A stretch of 58,136 nt of DNA, the filler included, from Squatina squatina (lineage: Eukaryota): NCBI GenBank assembly GCA_031763465.1. It is 2 parts of 2 records of this genome, joined end to end, with 100 filler letters (N's around TTAATTAATTAA, not from the genome) between each part and the next. Parts side by side here need not be neighbours in the genome. Positions count along the whole stretch, not along the records: positions 28,020 to 58,136 come from JARFOE010000016.1; 1 more part is not named here. One strand, written 5' to 3'. The notes below the pieces were generated by a model that did not search any database, was not told where the DNA came from, and was given only the letters and a program-made list of their open reading frames with translations. Shown here piece by piece: positions 37,515 to 49,947 of the stretch. The translations under genes were made by a program, and so were the position numbers. How positions within the stretch are numbered: the stretch's first letter is position 1; every line of letters begins with the position of its first letter.

Positions 37515-37642
37515 GTGTACATGCTCTCAGTACCTCGAGTATCTCAGTATAATAATGTTCTGCACATGGTCTACCTTTATACTTTTGAGTATCTCAGTAC
37601 AATGTGCACATGGTCTGTCCCTGTACCATTTCTCAGTACAGC
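37515..37642. repeat. Degenerate tandem repeat (~45-50 bp) with core GAGTATCTCAGTA...TGCACATGGTCT
   Basis: TCTCAGTA occurs four times and TGCACATGGTCT twice within ~130 bp. Confidence 0.5.
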
Positions 37643-39959
37643 TGAATGTCTTACAGGTGCTATCGTTTAGTTGGTACCTTTCTCTGTTTTTAGTCATCAC
37701 AGTTTCTGCATTTCCGATGCACACGTTTGCCACTAGTATCAAGCCGGGCTGTGGACAGAAACAAACTGGTGCTGTGAAATCACTTACAATTCATCCAATG
37801 ATATGACTAATTAAAGTATTTCTATACAAGTCAAGTCTTCAGTCTGACAGCTATGATTTCCTGGGGCAGTATGATTTTCAATCGAGTGGCAAGGACCCCT
37901 GTGCACAAGGCACTTTCAGCGAGAAAGCTCTTACTGCCTCCATCACATCACTGACCAGTTAAGAAGGTGGCTTTACGTCAATCCAAGAACTGAATGACAC
38001 CAGTGTATAAATACACTCATGCTGAGCAGATAAATATGTAATGATATTACAGGATTAGTGAGTATGGCTGGCCATATGGTGACCAACATCAGTGGAGTTC
38101 AATTCAGAGTTAGTTCTCTATCCTATCACACTACCTCAGTAGCTAGCCTATTTCAATTTACTGTGTAGAACGGTACTAGTTTCCAAACACTCGTTAAATG
38201 GGGATTGTGCACAATCCTGAGAGATTTAGGTTTTTAACTTGAGATTTTCTAACAACAGAGAATATTACTTTGTTTTATTAAGATAATTTTTATGTCATAT
38301 AAAACTACAATTCATGGTAGGTAAAACAAGACAATTCCTGTATCACAACACAGGCTATAAATCAGACCACAATGGGGTAGATTTCCAGTTGGGCCTCCGA
38401 ACAGGCATTATCGGCCAGCGCATTAATAGCACCCACTGAATCATCCATGTGCTGACCCCATCTGATTTTGTGTAGTCAGCTTCATTTACATAATGTGGAT
38501 GAGCTCTCAGTCCAAATTAGGTGCACACATGGGGAGGTATCAGCCCTTAAGGAACTACTTGGATGCTTAACTTTAAGACAAGTGGCTGCTAAATATTAGT
38601 AGCAATCACAAAGGCACTAAGAATGTTAAATGCATATTGCAACCTTTGCAAAAGTTGGTTGGGTAACAAAAATTCTTGGCAAAAAACCCAGTGATTTGCA
38701 CAATAAATGTAGAGGCAGAAAACCATGTTTGCAGCCAAGTGATGGAGTCAGGCAACACTCCAACTCATGTTTAATGGCTCGTGAAGTGGAGATGGTTCAG
38801 TATGAGGAGCGGTCACNNNNNNNNNNNNNNNNNNNNNNNNNNNNNNNNNNNNNNNNNNNNNNNNNNNNNNNNNNNNNNNNNNNNNNNNNNNNNNNNNNNN
38901 NNNNNNNNNNNNNNNNACTCCAGAGTGAAACAGAGCTGGACTCCCTCACTTTGCTCCACTCTGGAGTCAGGCTGGACCATGAAGGATTCAGGTCAACATC
39001 AGCTCTTAACTGGGTCATTAGACAGTGGGCTCTTCAACACTGAGGTGAGCACTCTCTCTTTGGATGGTTAATGTTATCCAATAGCTGTGCATTGTTAAAA
39101 TGGGCTATAGAAATGTATGCACTATTTCCAGTAGTGTGTGCCCATATCTGGTTACAGTACAACTTGACTTATTGTATAGGCAAACTGTAACAGTAATAAA
39201 ACCATTTGTTGGCTTGACATGGTATTACGGGCTATTCCTTGCGATAACAATTACACAGATCCATTTAACATGAATAATTCAGATAAAATCATAACCTGCT
39301 ATTGACAGGCTGGAACTTGCATCACTTCAAGATCTATATAGTGACAGTGGTTTTCAAAAATAAATATTCATTCATGGCAACGCCAGTTGCTTCGAACCTT
39401 TCCTTCGATTGCGTGGCAATAGGCCCAGAATCGCTTAATAAAAATATCAGTATACTTACAATTTAGACAGGAACCATGTACACATTGTTAATGGAGGAGC
39501 TGCTCATTGTGGTTTTGCATCAGCATCTTGTTGACAAAGAGCACAACAATGTGATAACACAGTGATGAGACCATATCAGGTGGCAAAAGCAAAGCCAAGG
39601 CACAAATCTAAACTTCTTCATAAACACTGCATCCCCAAAAAGGTACTGAACAGCCACCAGAATAACAAGCGGTGACATTTCCACATTCAGAAATAAAATA
39701 CCAAAGCTTCTTATATCTCAGTGGAAAGGATCAAAGGTCACACTACCTCTTGTTGGAAAAGCCATAGGAGTTTTATCTTGCTATTCCTCTATATGTCTGA
39801 TGTCTCCAGGCCCTACAGCCACAGTAAGGAAAAGCTGTTNNNNNNNNNNNNNNNNNNNNNNNNNNNNNNNNNNNNNNNNNNNNNNNNNNNNNNNNNNNNN
39901 NNNNNNNNNNNNNNNNNNNNNNNNNNNNNNNNNNNNNNNAATTTTCTCTCAGTATAATG

Positions 39960-40802
39960 ATTTTGCCCGGGGTGCAAGAGGAATGATATCATAGTGAGCT
40001 GAGCAAATAAGGGAATGGCAAGCAGTGAGAAAGAATGCAATTGATTGTAGACGGGTTAGTGGGGTGGGCACATGAGTGGCAAATGCAGAGGTTTGTGAAA
40101 TGGTACATTTTGGGAGGATAAAATACATAAAAGGAAAAAAGAAAGTATTTTCCAAATAGTAAAATTCTTAGAAGAGCAAATGATCAGATCCAGGCTGCAG
40201 ATGTATAGATCTTTAAAGGTGGTCTTGTGGATAGAAAAGGAGTTAAAAAAAGGCAAATGAAATCTTGGTTTTATACCTGGGGCATTAGTATAAAAGCAAG
40301 GAAGTGATTAATTTAGTAGCTCTAGACACCCCATTACAGGAAGGACCTTAGAGCAATGGAAAGGTTACAGCAAAGATTCACCAGAATAATACCAGGAATG
40401 AGAGGCCATAGCCATGAAAGAAGCATTAAATATTTGAGACTTTTCTTTCACAAGAACTGGGAAGGTTAAGAGGGGATCTCATAAAGGCTAATAGTGAAAG
40501 TCTAATAGCGAAAGATTGCTTCCACAGCTGGTGAATTGGTAACAAGGGTCATAGATTCAGGATTATCACTTGAAGGATGAAGGGAAATTTCCGAAGAAAC
40601 TTTCACACAATGGGCTACTATATCATGAATTGCTATGGAGAAGAGAGATTGTAAAATAATTTCAAAAGGAATTGGATACACATTTTAAAAGAAAGAATAT
40701 AAAAGGCGATTAGGAAAAGGCAGGTAAATAGGATTAGGATATTTGACTTTTGTACATTGGAATGATGTGCCAAGTGGCCTCTTTTGTGCTGTAATTCCAT
40801 GA
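39960..40802 (+). mobile_element. Degenerate CR1 LINE 3' portion
   Basis: Remnants CEMVHFGR, YRKDLRAMERLQQRFTRIIPGMRG and RLRGDLI, followed by the terminal GGCCTCTTTTGTGCTGTAATTCCATGA tail. Confidence 0.75.
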
Positions 40803-41693
40803 CGGAATAAACAACACACTCTACCTGTACACGTGCTTATAGTAAAGTATCTAATTGCTGGATGGTTATGCTGACTGAATAAGCAGCACTCTGTCTGTTA
40901 TGTACCCATACAGAAAAGGTAATGTTATACAAGCTTCCAGTAAACTGTATCAGCGAGGGTCTGAATGGATAGTGTTCGACAGACAGATGGGACAGTGCTT
41001 CACTGATGTGTAGATAATACAATGGTTTGCACATAGATTGCCGTGAGGACAGTGTCAGCAAACAGCTTGTCACGAATTCTAGCCCAGCTTGCTGCTGGCA
41101 CAGCTAATATATTATCTTCAGGGAAGAAGAGTTTCTTTTAAAAGGACTAGAACCAAATTTTCACCAGTTTTAATAGGGGTTGGGAGCTTCTTATTTGCAC
41201 AAGTTCTGTTAAGGTAGACAAGCTAACATACTTATGCACATCCCTGTGTGCTTACCTACATATGTGCTCACACATACTCGCATGTGTATTATCACATGGG
41301 GGGGGGGGTGGCGGGTGGGGGTGCGGGGAGGAAAAAGAGCTTCACCGTGGAAGGGATTGACCACAAAGGCGAAGATTCTGATCCTGGGCACAGCTAATAT
41401 CAGGAAACTGGGCAGTTCACAGCAATCGTGTAAAGGAAGCCATTGTGAGGTGACCCAGTGCTCCTGGGCACAGATTCTCGGAGGAATCCTCTGAATGGAG
41501 GAAAACTCAATCTTCAGTCATCTTTGGTAGCTAACTCTAAGATTGGATTTCGCCTTCTGTCTCAACCAAATAAAGAATCCACTTGTTCATTGGNNNNNNN
41601 NNNNNNNNNNNNNNNNNNNNNNNNNNNNNNNNNNNNNNNNNNNNNNNNNNNNNNNNNNNNNNNNNNNNNNNNNNNNNNNNNNNNNNNNNNNNN

Positions 41694-42440
41694 ACCTGCC
41701 ACTTGTCAACCCAAGCTAGGATGTTATCCGGATCCTGCTGTATAGGCTGGCATGGACTACATCATTATTGGAAGAGTTGTGAATGGAGATGAACATTGAA
41801 ATTGTCAGTGAATAGTTCCACTCCTGTCCTTATAATGAAGGGAAGCCATTGATGAAGCCAAGGATACTGCTCTATAAAACCCCTGCCGTGCTGATTAGCT
41901 TTCAACTGCTGTGACCATCTTTCTGTGTGTCACGAATGCCTTCAGCCACTGGTGGCTTTTCCCCTTAAACCCAATGACCTTGGTTTTGTTGGGGCTCCTT
42001 GGTGCCATACCCAATTGTATACTGCCTTGTTATCAAGGACTGTTATTCTCACCTCTCCTCTGGCATTTATCGCTTATGTCCACACCTGGACTAAAGCAGT
42101 GATGAGATCTGGAGCTAAGTGACTCTTTTGGAACCAGAACTCAGCATCGGTGAGTAAATCCTGCTTGATCGTTCTAGTGATGATTCCTTCCGTTACTTTG
42201 CCAATGATTGGGTGGATGCTGAAAGGGTATTAATTAGATTTTGTCCTGCATTTTGTGGATGGGACATACCTGACCAATTTTCCATGTTGTTGGGTAGATG
42301 CCACTGTCACAGCTGTACTGGAAAAGCTTTGCTGGTTCTGGTGTGCAGCTCTTTGCCAACACAACTATGATGTTGTCAGGTTCCATAGCCTTGATCATGT
42401 CCAGTGTACTCAGCTGCTTTTTCATGTCATGTGGAGGGAT
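41694..42440 (-). mobile_element. LINE reverse-transcriptase fragment (CR1/L2 superfamily)
   Basis: The minus strand reads KKQLSTLDMIKAMEPDNI...AKLFQYSCDSGIYPTTWKIGQVCPIHK, then a decayed RT with a GVL*.SILG-like motif near 41865-41885. Confidence 0.7.
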
Positions 42441-42540
42441 TTCCTATTTCACATTAATGACCAGTTTTTTCTTTCTCCTTGTGAAGCCTTTGCTCAGTGC
42501 CTCTCTGTGACAACCTATCTGATATTGGAAGTTCTCCTTA

Positions 42541-42753
42541 ATTTCTTTATCCGGAGAGTGGATAGAATGTAGAACTTGCTACCACATGGAGTAGTTGAGG
42601 TGAATAGCATAGATACATTTAACAAATAGAACTTTATTCTGATAGAGTTTGACAAAGTAGGGTGGGAGGAAGCTTTTGTGGAGCATAAACATTGGAACAG
42701 ATCAGTTGGGCTGAATGGCCTGTTTCTGTGCTGTAATTTCTATGTAATTCCAT
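42541..42753 (+). mobile_element. CR1 LINE 3' end
   Basis: Remnant FFIRRVDRM*NLLPHGVVEVNSIDTF, then the tail TTGGGCTGAATGGCCTGTTTCTGTGCTGTAATTTCTATGTAATTCCATG. Confidence 0.8.
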
Positions 42754-45499
42754 GGAGTGGGTGCAGGGCAGGGAGAATTACAGACACACCCTTGGGTCCC
42801 TGCTGCTTTATAATATTTGAATAACTATGGTTTCTGATTGATGATAAGTTCCATTCATTTTTAGATGACCATCCTCTCGTTTCGGCCCAGACCTTGTTTT
42901 GGTAACTTTGATAATCAAAAACCAAACAAAAGAAGTCCAGGTTTTGACTGCTGCATTTTTGTACCTGGAACGTGCAATCTGACCCGTGCCGTACATGAAT
43001 AATCTGACCTCTTTTGTATGTGTACAGTTGGAATTGTGTTGTGTAGGCGTGCACATTTTTTTATGCCCCACACTGTCTAGTTTTGGACTGGGCACAAGGA
43101 GGCATCTCCACTTGGTTTCCTTGGGGCACCAGTTAAATCACTGGAGGCTGTTGCAATAAGCACCAAACATTGTCAACTGTCAGTCGCTTCTACCTTCCTT
43201 TCTTTTAAATTGACAAAGTCTTTGTGCCTGATCACATGAGCTGATTTACTGTAATAAACTCCACAGGATGATGTAGATTGTGTTCTACATTCACTCTGCT
43301 GAGACTGTGATCAAGTATGTAATTTACTCAGTATTGGGTGGCATATTACAAGGGCCGTCTCAGATTGAATTCAAGTCATTTAAATGATGTGTTTTGCTTC
43401 CAAGTAATAAGCCTGCTGTTATTATTTGAAGGTTTTTAATAACATGTATGGTGACAAATCTGAATTGCATTGTCCTGTGCTTTGATAACTGGTAATCAGT
43501 CAGTGCAGTGCTGCATGAGATTGCTGAGTGCTCCTTCTACCCACCTCAAGTGCATAGGATTTTTGTGTGAAGATCAGCTGGACCCCCATTGATCAGTCAG
43601 TGCTGTGCAAGAACAACCAAGCAGCTTCTCCCAGGAGTTGTGGACACCAGGGTCACTGCTGGTCCACAGAGGAGTCACACTCATCATTTACGGAGCTCAG
43701 ACTCGGACATACAGGCTGGGTCCAGAATGAAAAGCCAAGCCCAAAAAATTGGTTCACTGCGAACTGTCATGCCAAAACAAATGAGCAAGAGGACCATGCA
43801 AAGTTGAGGGAAGCCAGCTGTGCCCCAAGAGCCAGGTCTAACCAAGGCAAAGACCAGTCAGCAGGGATGTCAGCACCGAGACTATGCATCCAGGGGTAGT
43901 GGATGAAATTGGGCAGGGAGAGAGCAGTGCCTGGCAGTTTTAATGTGGAGCCAGGAAGAGCAGTAGAGTCAGAAAAATTCAGTTTCCTTCTGTGCCCGAG
44001 TGCCATACTCTGCTGCCTTGTTTGGCTGCTTGTTCCAAAGGGTCTTGCTCTAGACATTCTTAAAAAAAATCATAACATTGATGAGGCGAGCAGTGAAGCT
44101 GTCTAAGAGTCAAATATGTGAGCCAAGTACTGCTCCTTTATTACCTGGTTGCCTCCAGTCTGGTGCTGAGTTATGTAGGCTGAACTGTCACTTTGAAAGC
44201 TGCACTCCAGTTTCCATGTCTCCAGCAGCTTACACCCTTTATGCTGGATTTACACCAATCACTACTCCAATGATTATGCAAATAAACTAACCCAGGAAAC
44301 CCTTGTGTAAATGCCTCTCCTGACCACCAGTGGGNNNNNNNNNNNNNNNNNNNNNNNNNNNNNNNNNNNNNNNNNNNNNNNNNNNNNNNNNNNNNNNNNN
44401 NNNNNNNNNNNNNNNNNNNNNNNNNNNNNNNNNNCTATGCAAACAACATGATGTCGCACACTCAGCTGATACTGCTAAAAAAAAAACCCACCTTTGTAAA
44501 GCTGTAAATCGCGGTGCTGTTTTAGTACAGCATCAACCGCTGATCAGCAGGCTCTCTGACGTCAGCATTTCCCAAGACGTACGCTGCTCCGGTAAATGCA
44601 CTAAATTTGATTATTGAAAGGGTTATTAAACCTTTAATCTGTGGATCAAACATTGAGATATTACCTGATCATGCATTAGTCCATAATGTGCAGTCACTGG
44701 CAGAGTTGGGTGACACGCTGAGCCAGTGCTATTTCTAGCAGCAAAAACAGGCTCACTAATGACAGCTGAACTAAGTAGGCCTGCAGGACATTTATTAACC
44801 CCTGCCCTTGAACTAGGACTGCTTCCAATCCCTTCTGTGGAAAGCTTCCCCAACGACGCATTCGTGAAAGGCTGCACCTGAAGAGCACAGAAAGGGTTCT
44901 CCACCATCAAACATCTCCATTTCTCAGATCCAGCCCTGACTTGAGTCAAAGAACCCTGCCACTCAGTAGATGGCAGGACCACACTNNNNNNNNNNGCACA
45001 AAGTGTGCAAACACAGCATAATGTTGTTCTCCACCATTTCCCTTCATAAAAATTCACTGAAAGTTATCAAGAATTTAAGACAAATACTGTGCAGGTTAAA
45101 TGTTGCACATTAGGAATTGGGATGCAAAGAATTTTTCAGTCATAAATGAAGTGGGTATATAACTTGCAATTTTAGCTTTACAGATGAAATATCTCAGCTT
45201 GACCTACTCAAAGTACGCTTTATTTGCAATCAAGACAGTTCTAACACAGGAGTGTTGTTTCACTCGTTTCAGTATCTGCAAACACCTTATAATCAGGTGA
45301 CCCGCTAATGTTCCAGATTTAAGATCAGGATCTGACTCTGACATGACTGCATTACGCTATCATCTTACAAAATAACAACACAAGTAATGAGTCATGTAAN
45401 NNNNNNNNNNNNNNNNNNNNNNNNNNNNNNNNNNNNNNNNNNNNNNNNNNNNNNNNNNNNNNNNNNNNNNNNNNNNNNNNNNNNNNNNNNNNNNNNNNN

Positions 45500-45885
45500 G
45501 CTGAGAGGAGGCTCCCAAGGCTGGGGAAGTGGTCCACGTTGTCCAAGGTCTTGCCATGGATCTGGATAGTCAGCCGGGGTGGGTGGGAGGCAGTGTTGTG
45601 CGGCAGGGGCAGGTTGGTAGAGGACCTTTGTCTTTCAGATGTTTAGTATCGGACCCATGCTCTCATATGCCTCAGCAAATGAATAGACAATGGTTTGGAC
45701 CTTGGCCTCCAAGTGTGCACACATGCAAGTGTCGTCTGCATACTGCAACTTGATGGCAGAGGTTGGAGTGATCTTAGTTCTGGACTGGAGGCGATGGAGG
45801 TCCCACTCATCCTGTAGATCAGTTCCACTCCAGCTGATGGAGAAGAGTGTTGGTGCGGTGATGCAGCCTTGCTTGACCCCAGTAG
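45500..45885 (-). mobile_element. RTE-clade LINE reverse-transcriptase fragment
   Basis: The minus strand carries the motifs TGVKQGCITAPTLFS, LQYADDT and LDNVDHFPSLGSLLS in the correct order. Confidence 0.8.
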
Positions 45886-46196
45886 CTTTCTTGCAGGAAA
45901 TAAGGTAGCAATCTAATGGAATAGGTTTAACAAATTAGAGGAAAGTAATTTCGGAACTGGACCCTACACCATCAGCAATGTTAATTTACTAATTAAATCT
46001 TGAATGGTTTTACCCACAGTAAATCCGAGGACAGTCAGTCAGTTATTAGTGCGTCCCAAATACCCTGTTGATGCCACCTGTGTTGCTCATTAAATGNNNN
46101 NNNNNNNNNNNNNNNNNNNNNNNNNNNNNNNNNNNNNNNNNNNNNNNNNNNNNNNNNNNNNNNNNNNNNNNNNNNNNNNNNNNNNNNNNNNNNNNN

Positions 46197-46854
46197 GCCG
46201 GGAGGCGAGCAGAACGACGGGGATAGCAACTCCTGCATCGTTCGTATCAGTGGCGATGAGGCAGCCCACTTTCCCGGCAAGGAGGCAGACACCTCTGGTG
46301 TGCAGGTCACCGTAACTGAGCCCGCAGACCAGCCGGGTGAGACCGAAACTGAAGACCAAAAATGTCAGACCCCCAACCATAAGCAGAGAGACGGGGATGG
46401 TGGTAGTTCAGACAGCAACACCGCTTCCAGAGAATCCCTGATCAAATTCAGGATTGCTGACGGCACAATGGACAACAGCGGCGCCCCGAATAACAAATTT
46501 GTCTACAAGGCCTCAGTCATGAAGAAAGCTTCGCTGAAGAAAAAGAGGCACCTGGGTGACATGTTTGACCATGAGATTTCAGCTTTCTTCCCTGCTAACC
46601 TGGACTTCCTCTGCCTGCAGGAGGTGTTTGACAAGCGGGCGGCAGAGAAGTTGAAAGCGCAGTTGAACCCCTACTTTCAGTACATTCTCTATGATGTGGG
46701 GACGTACGCCTGGCACAGCTGCTGCAGCTTCAAGTTTTTGAACAGCGGGCTATTTTTTGCAAGTCGCTACCCAATTTTAGATGTTGAATTTCAGTGTTAT
46801 CCTAACGGGAAAGGATACGATTCGCTGGCAGCCAAGGGTGCCCTGTTTGTAAAG
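46197..46854 (+). CDS. SMPD3: Neutral sphingomyelinase 2, 3' part of the large first coding exon (5' end lost in a gap)
   Basis: Open frame from 46198: ...SCIVRISG...QTPNHKQRDGD...ASRESL...FDHEISAFFPANLDFLCLQEVFDKRAA...CCSFKFLNSGLFFASRYPI...AAKGALFVK|GTAGGC. Confidence 0.95.
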
Positions 46855-47547
46855 GTAGGCCTCGATTGGTGAAAATGTTCATTAGTCTTAAGGACAAAAG
46901 GAAACGTAGAAAATGAATGCTGTGTGTGACTGCCCATGTGAGGGAGTAACTGAGTGATACTGTCCACAGGAGAGAGTAGCCCACGGCGGTGTGTGAACAC
47001 TGTGAAGGCATGTAACCTACAGGATGTAATAAGACTAGATCCCAAATTCTGAAATCGGAACTATTTGTCATGTGCACTGTAACTGGTTCAAGCAATCAGT
47101 GTAGAAGTTTCCTTCAAGATGTAGTGAATGGTACACTTGAGGTCAAGNNNNNNNNNNAGATGACCTGTCAAAATGATGAAATTTTTATATTTTTACAGAA
47201 TAAGTTCCAACTTTGGCAGGCGAGTTTAGGGCACTGTGGAACAATGAACCCTCACATTCACTTCAAAGGCTACAACAACCTCTGAAATATTTCAGTTGTG
47301 GTATGACATCTTGGAAAGGAAGCCATGGTATCCTTCAGCATCCTGACTGCGCCTTCACTTTCCATCCATCACTCTCCCGCTGCTCTCCTGAAGCCTGTGA
47401 TGTAACTACTGGCAATCTGAAGTTGCAGAGAGGAACTTTCCTATTTTNNNNNNNNNNNNNNNNNNNNNNNNNNNNNNNNNNNNNNNNNNNNNNNNNNNNN
47501 NNNNNNNNNNNNNNNNNNNNNNNNNNNNNNNNNNNNNNNNNNNNNNN

Positions 47548-48951
47548 CTGTGTGAATACCCATTAGCCTTCTTCTGTAGACTGTCCCATCGAAGTCCTCA
47601 CCTGAGTCCTCTGCAGCATAACCCGTGTGTGACCTCACCCTCTGTGGAGCTGGCACCTGTGCTACCTTTTCTCCCTGCCCTGGCTGCAGCCCACTCCTGC
47701 CCAATGACTTAGCACGTGCAGATCCCGTCTCTATACTACCCTCTGAACTTCACGCACCTGGTTTCTCACCTGGTGCCTGTGAGTGTCAGTTTGAGTGATG
47801 GTATCTCTTCTTCTCTGATCATTCTCCTCCTCTTGTTCTTCCTGCGCAGGCTGGGCTGGTTAGTGTTCTTGGGTATCTGAAAGGAGAATGGCACAAGTGT
47901 AGGGTTGTGGTGAGGCGAGGAGGGTGGGGGAAAGCAAGATCTGGGAGCTTACACCACCAGCAGCTCATAAGTGAGAAGAATTTGTGGGATGAGGGGCAAG
48001 TGGGATGTGAGAAAAAGGATTAGGTATGAACATATTGTCATTATCAATGCTTTCAGCCTCTCTGATCACCACAGCCCCTCCAATGATATCCAGCAATGTC
48101 TCCTCCAGCTAGGTCAGGTTCCGCAGCCGTGCCTTCCCCCTACCTTTAGCTGCTGCTGGCACTGGTTATAAGCCACATTGACCTGCAAGAGAAAGGGAAG
48201 TGTGTCAGTAAGTGTGGTGCATGTGCTTGGTTGATGTGCCTGCCATGGTTGAATAGCTGGTATTGTGTGCAAGGTGTGAGATGTGGGTGTGAGGCATACA
48301 ACAGTGATAAGTGTGTGAGGTTGAGGTGAAGCTATGATTGTGAGGTACGATTTGTGATTGATAGAAATTGTTGGTACATTAGTGATGGGGGTCTGATGCA
48401 TTGAGCAGTGTGAGGGTAATGGTGCAGTTGGTGGGATATGGCATTGAAAGATGCATTCGCTGGCCTTGACCACTTGTGTGAGGTCATTAAACTTCTTCCC
48501 GTACTGGATCCAGGTCTTGGAGGAAAGACTGGTGGCACTGGTTATTTCAGCAATTTGCTCCTACTACCTTTTTACAGTCTTTCTGAAGGGCCTCCTGGCC
48601 CCCTGCAGGTAGAGCACCTGTTTCCTCCTTTTGATCCTCTGTACTAAGACTACCTGTGCTGCATCCAAGGACCTAATTGGTCTTTTGAGCCATAGGTACC
48701 TTCAATTTTCCTTAGCTACACTAACCACGAGATGCTTCTTTCAGAAAGCACCTTCCCTTTAAGAAGTGCAGCCTGTGATTCACACCTTTTAATAGAGATC
48801 ACACTTCCCACGGAATTGGGCCCCGCTGCGTGCTGAGCCTACAAGCACATTCAGTGCTGGGCTCAGCGCTTCGATCATGTTAATTAGCAAGCAGCACGAT
48901 TTTCGCATGCTGCCTGCATCACTTTCAACGGGCCTTATCGAATTTAGCCCC
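47548..48951 (-). mobile_element. Second long Harbinger/PIF-type Myb/SANT element copy
   Basis: TIR-like GGGGCTAAATTCG at 48951. Shares GCTGCACTTCTTAAAGGGAAG with ~15705-15730. Encodes TWIQYGKKFNDLTQVVK. Has the same acceptors as the 15490 copy (TTCCCTTTCTCTTGCAG at ~48184; TTTCAG|ATACCCAAGAAC at ~47877). Confidence 0.72.
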
Positions 48952-49644
48952 TATAGTGTTCAGTGTTGGCTTTCGAAGGTCCAATTGGGATGTCACCGCC
49001 TCAAGAAAATATCAAGGACGCTGGCCAGGCAGGATCTGTTCCTTTTGAAGCCATGTTGGCTTCCACTTTTCATTCAGGTTTATTCCCAACGATCACATCC
49101 GTTATTTTACTAGTTACTGATGGGTTAGGACTGACGCATCTTTCTTGAAATTAGATTACATGTTGGCATTTTCTAATCTTGGAGTACGTGCATCCTTAAG
49201 TGATGTATTTTTNNNNNNNNNNNNNNNNNNNNNNNNNNNNNNNNNNNNNNNNNNNNNNNNNNNNNNNNNNNNNNNNNNNNNNNNNNNNNNNNNNNNNNNN
49301 NNNNNNNNNNNNGAGTTTTGTGTTTCTCTGCAGCTCATTACATTCAGCGATGGAGATGACGCATTCAATTGCTCCTTAATGAGAAAATGGAATTAGTTGC
49401 TAGGGACCGGAATTCTGAACTAGAATATTGGGTTTTCTGAATCTGATGAGTTGCCACTTAGATATGAATTATAATTTCAACATTTAACACAGTCAAGCAA
49501 AGGCTTTGAGATGGTTGCGAAGCATTTCAGACCTTCAGAACATTTAATAGTAATGTGAAATTAACCTTTCCCTTCTAAATATAGAGTAATTCCAAACTAT
49601 TATACAATAATCAACCCTTACCCTGCTGAACAAACAGCAAAACA

Positions 49645-49947
49645 GAATGAATTTACATTTATACCGTACCTTATCACATCCCAAAGCACTTCATACAATG
49701 AATTGCAATCACTGTTGTTATAGAGGCAAATGTAGCAGACATTTTGTAGAGTCAGGTCCCACAAACAGCAATGAGACAGATGATTAAAATAAAAATAGAA
49801 GATACTGAAAGCATTCAGCAGATCAGACAGCATCTATGGAGAGAGAAACAGAGTTAATGTTTCAGGTCGCTGACCTTTAATCAGATGATTAATCTGGTGT
49901 TCTTGGTTGACGGAAGAATGTTGGCCAGAACATTTGTCCTTCGAACA
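49645..49947 (-). mobile_element. Deu-domain SINE 3' part (SacSINE/AmnSINE-like), interrupted by a Penelope-type fragment
   Basis: TTTACATTTATACCG...TCCCAAAGCACTTCA...CACTGTTGT...TCCCACAAACAGCAATGAGA, resuming after 49885 with TTGGTTGACGGAAGAATGTTGGCCAG. Confidence 0.65.
49788..49884 (-). mobile_element. Penelope-like terminal repeat fragment with a mutated hammerhead core
   Basis: Homologous to 1262-1388. The minus-strand core reads CTGATTA-A-AGGTC-AGC-GACCT-GAAAC. Flanked by CAGATGATTAA direct repeats. Confidence 0.65.
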
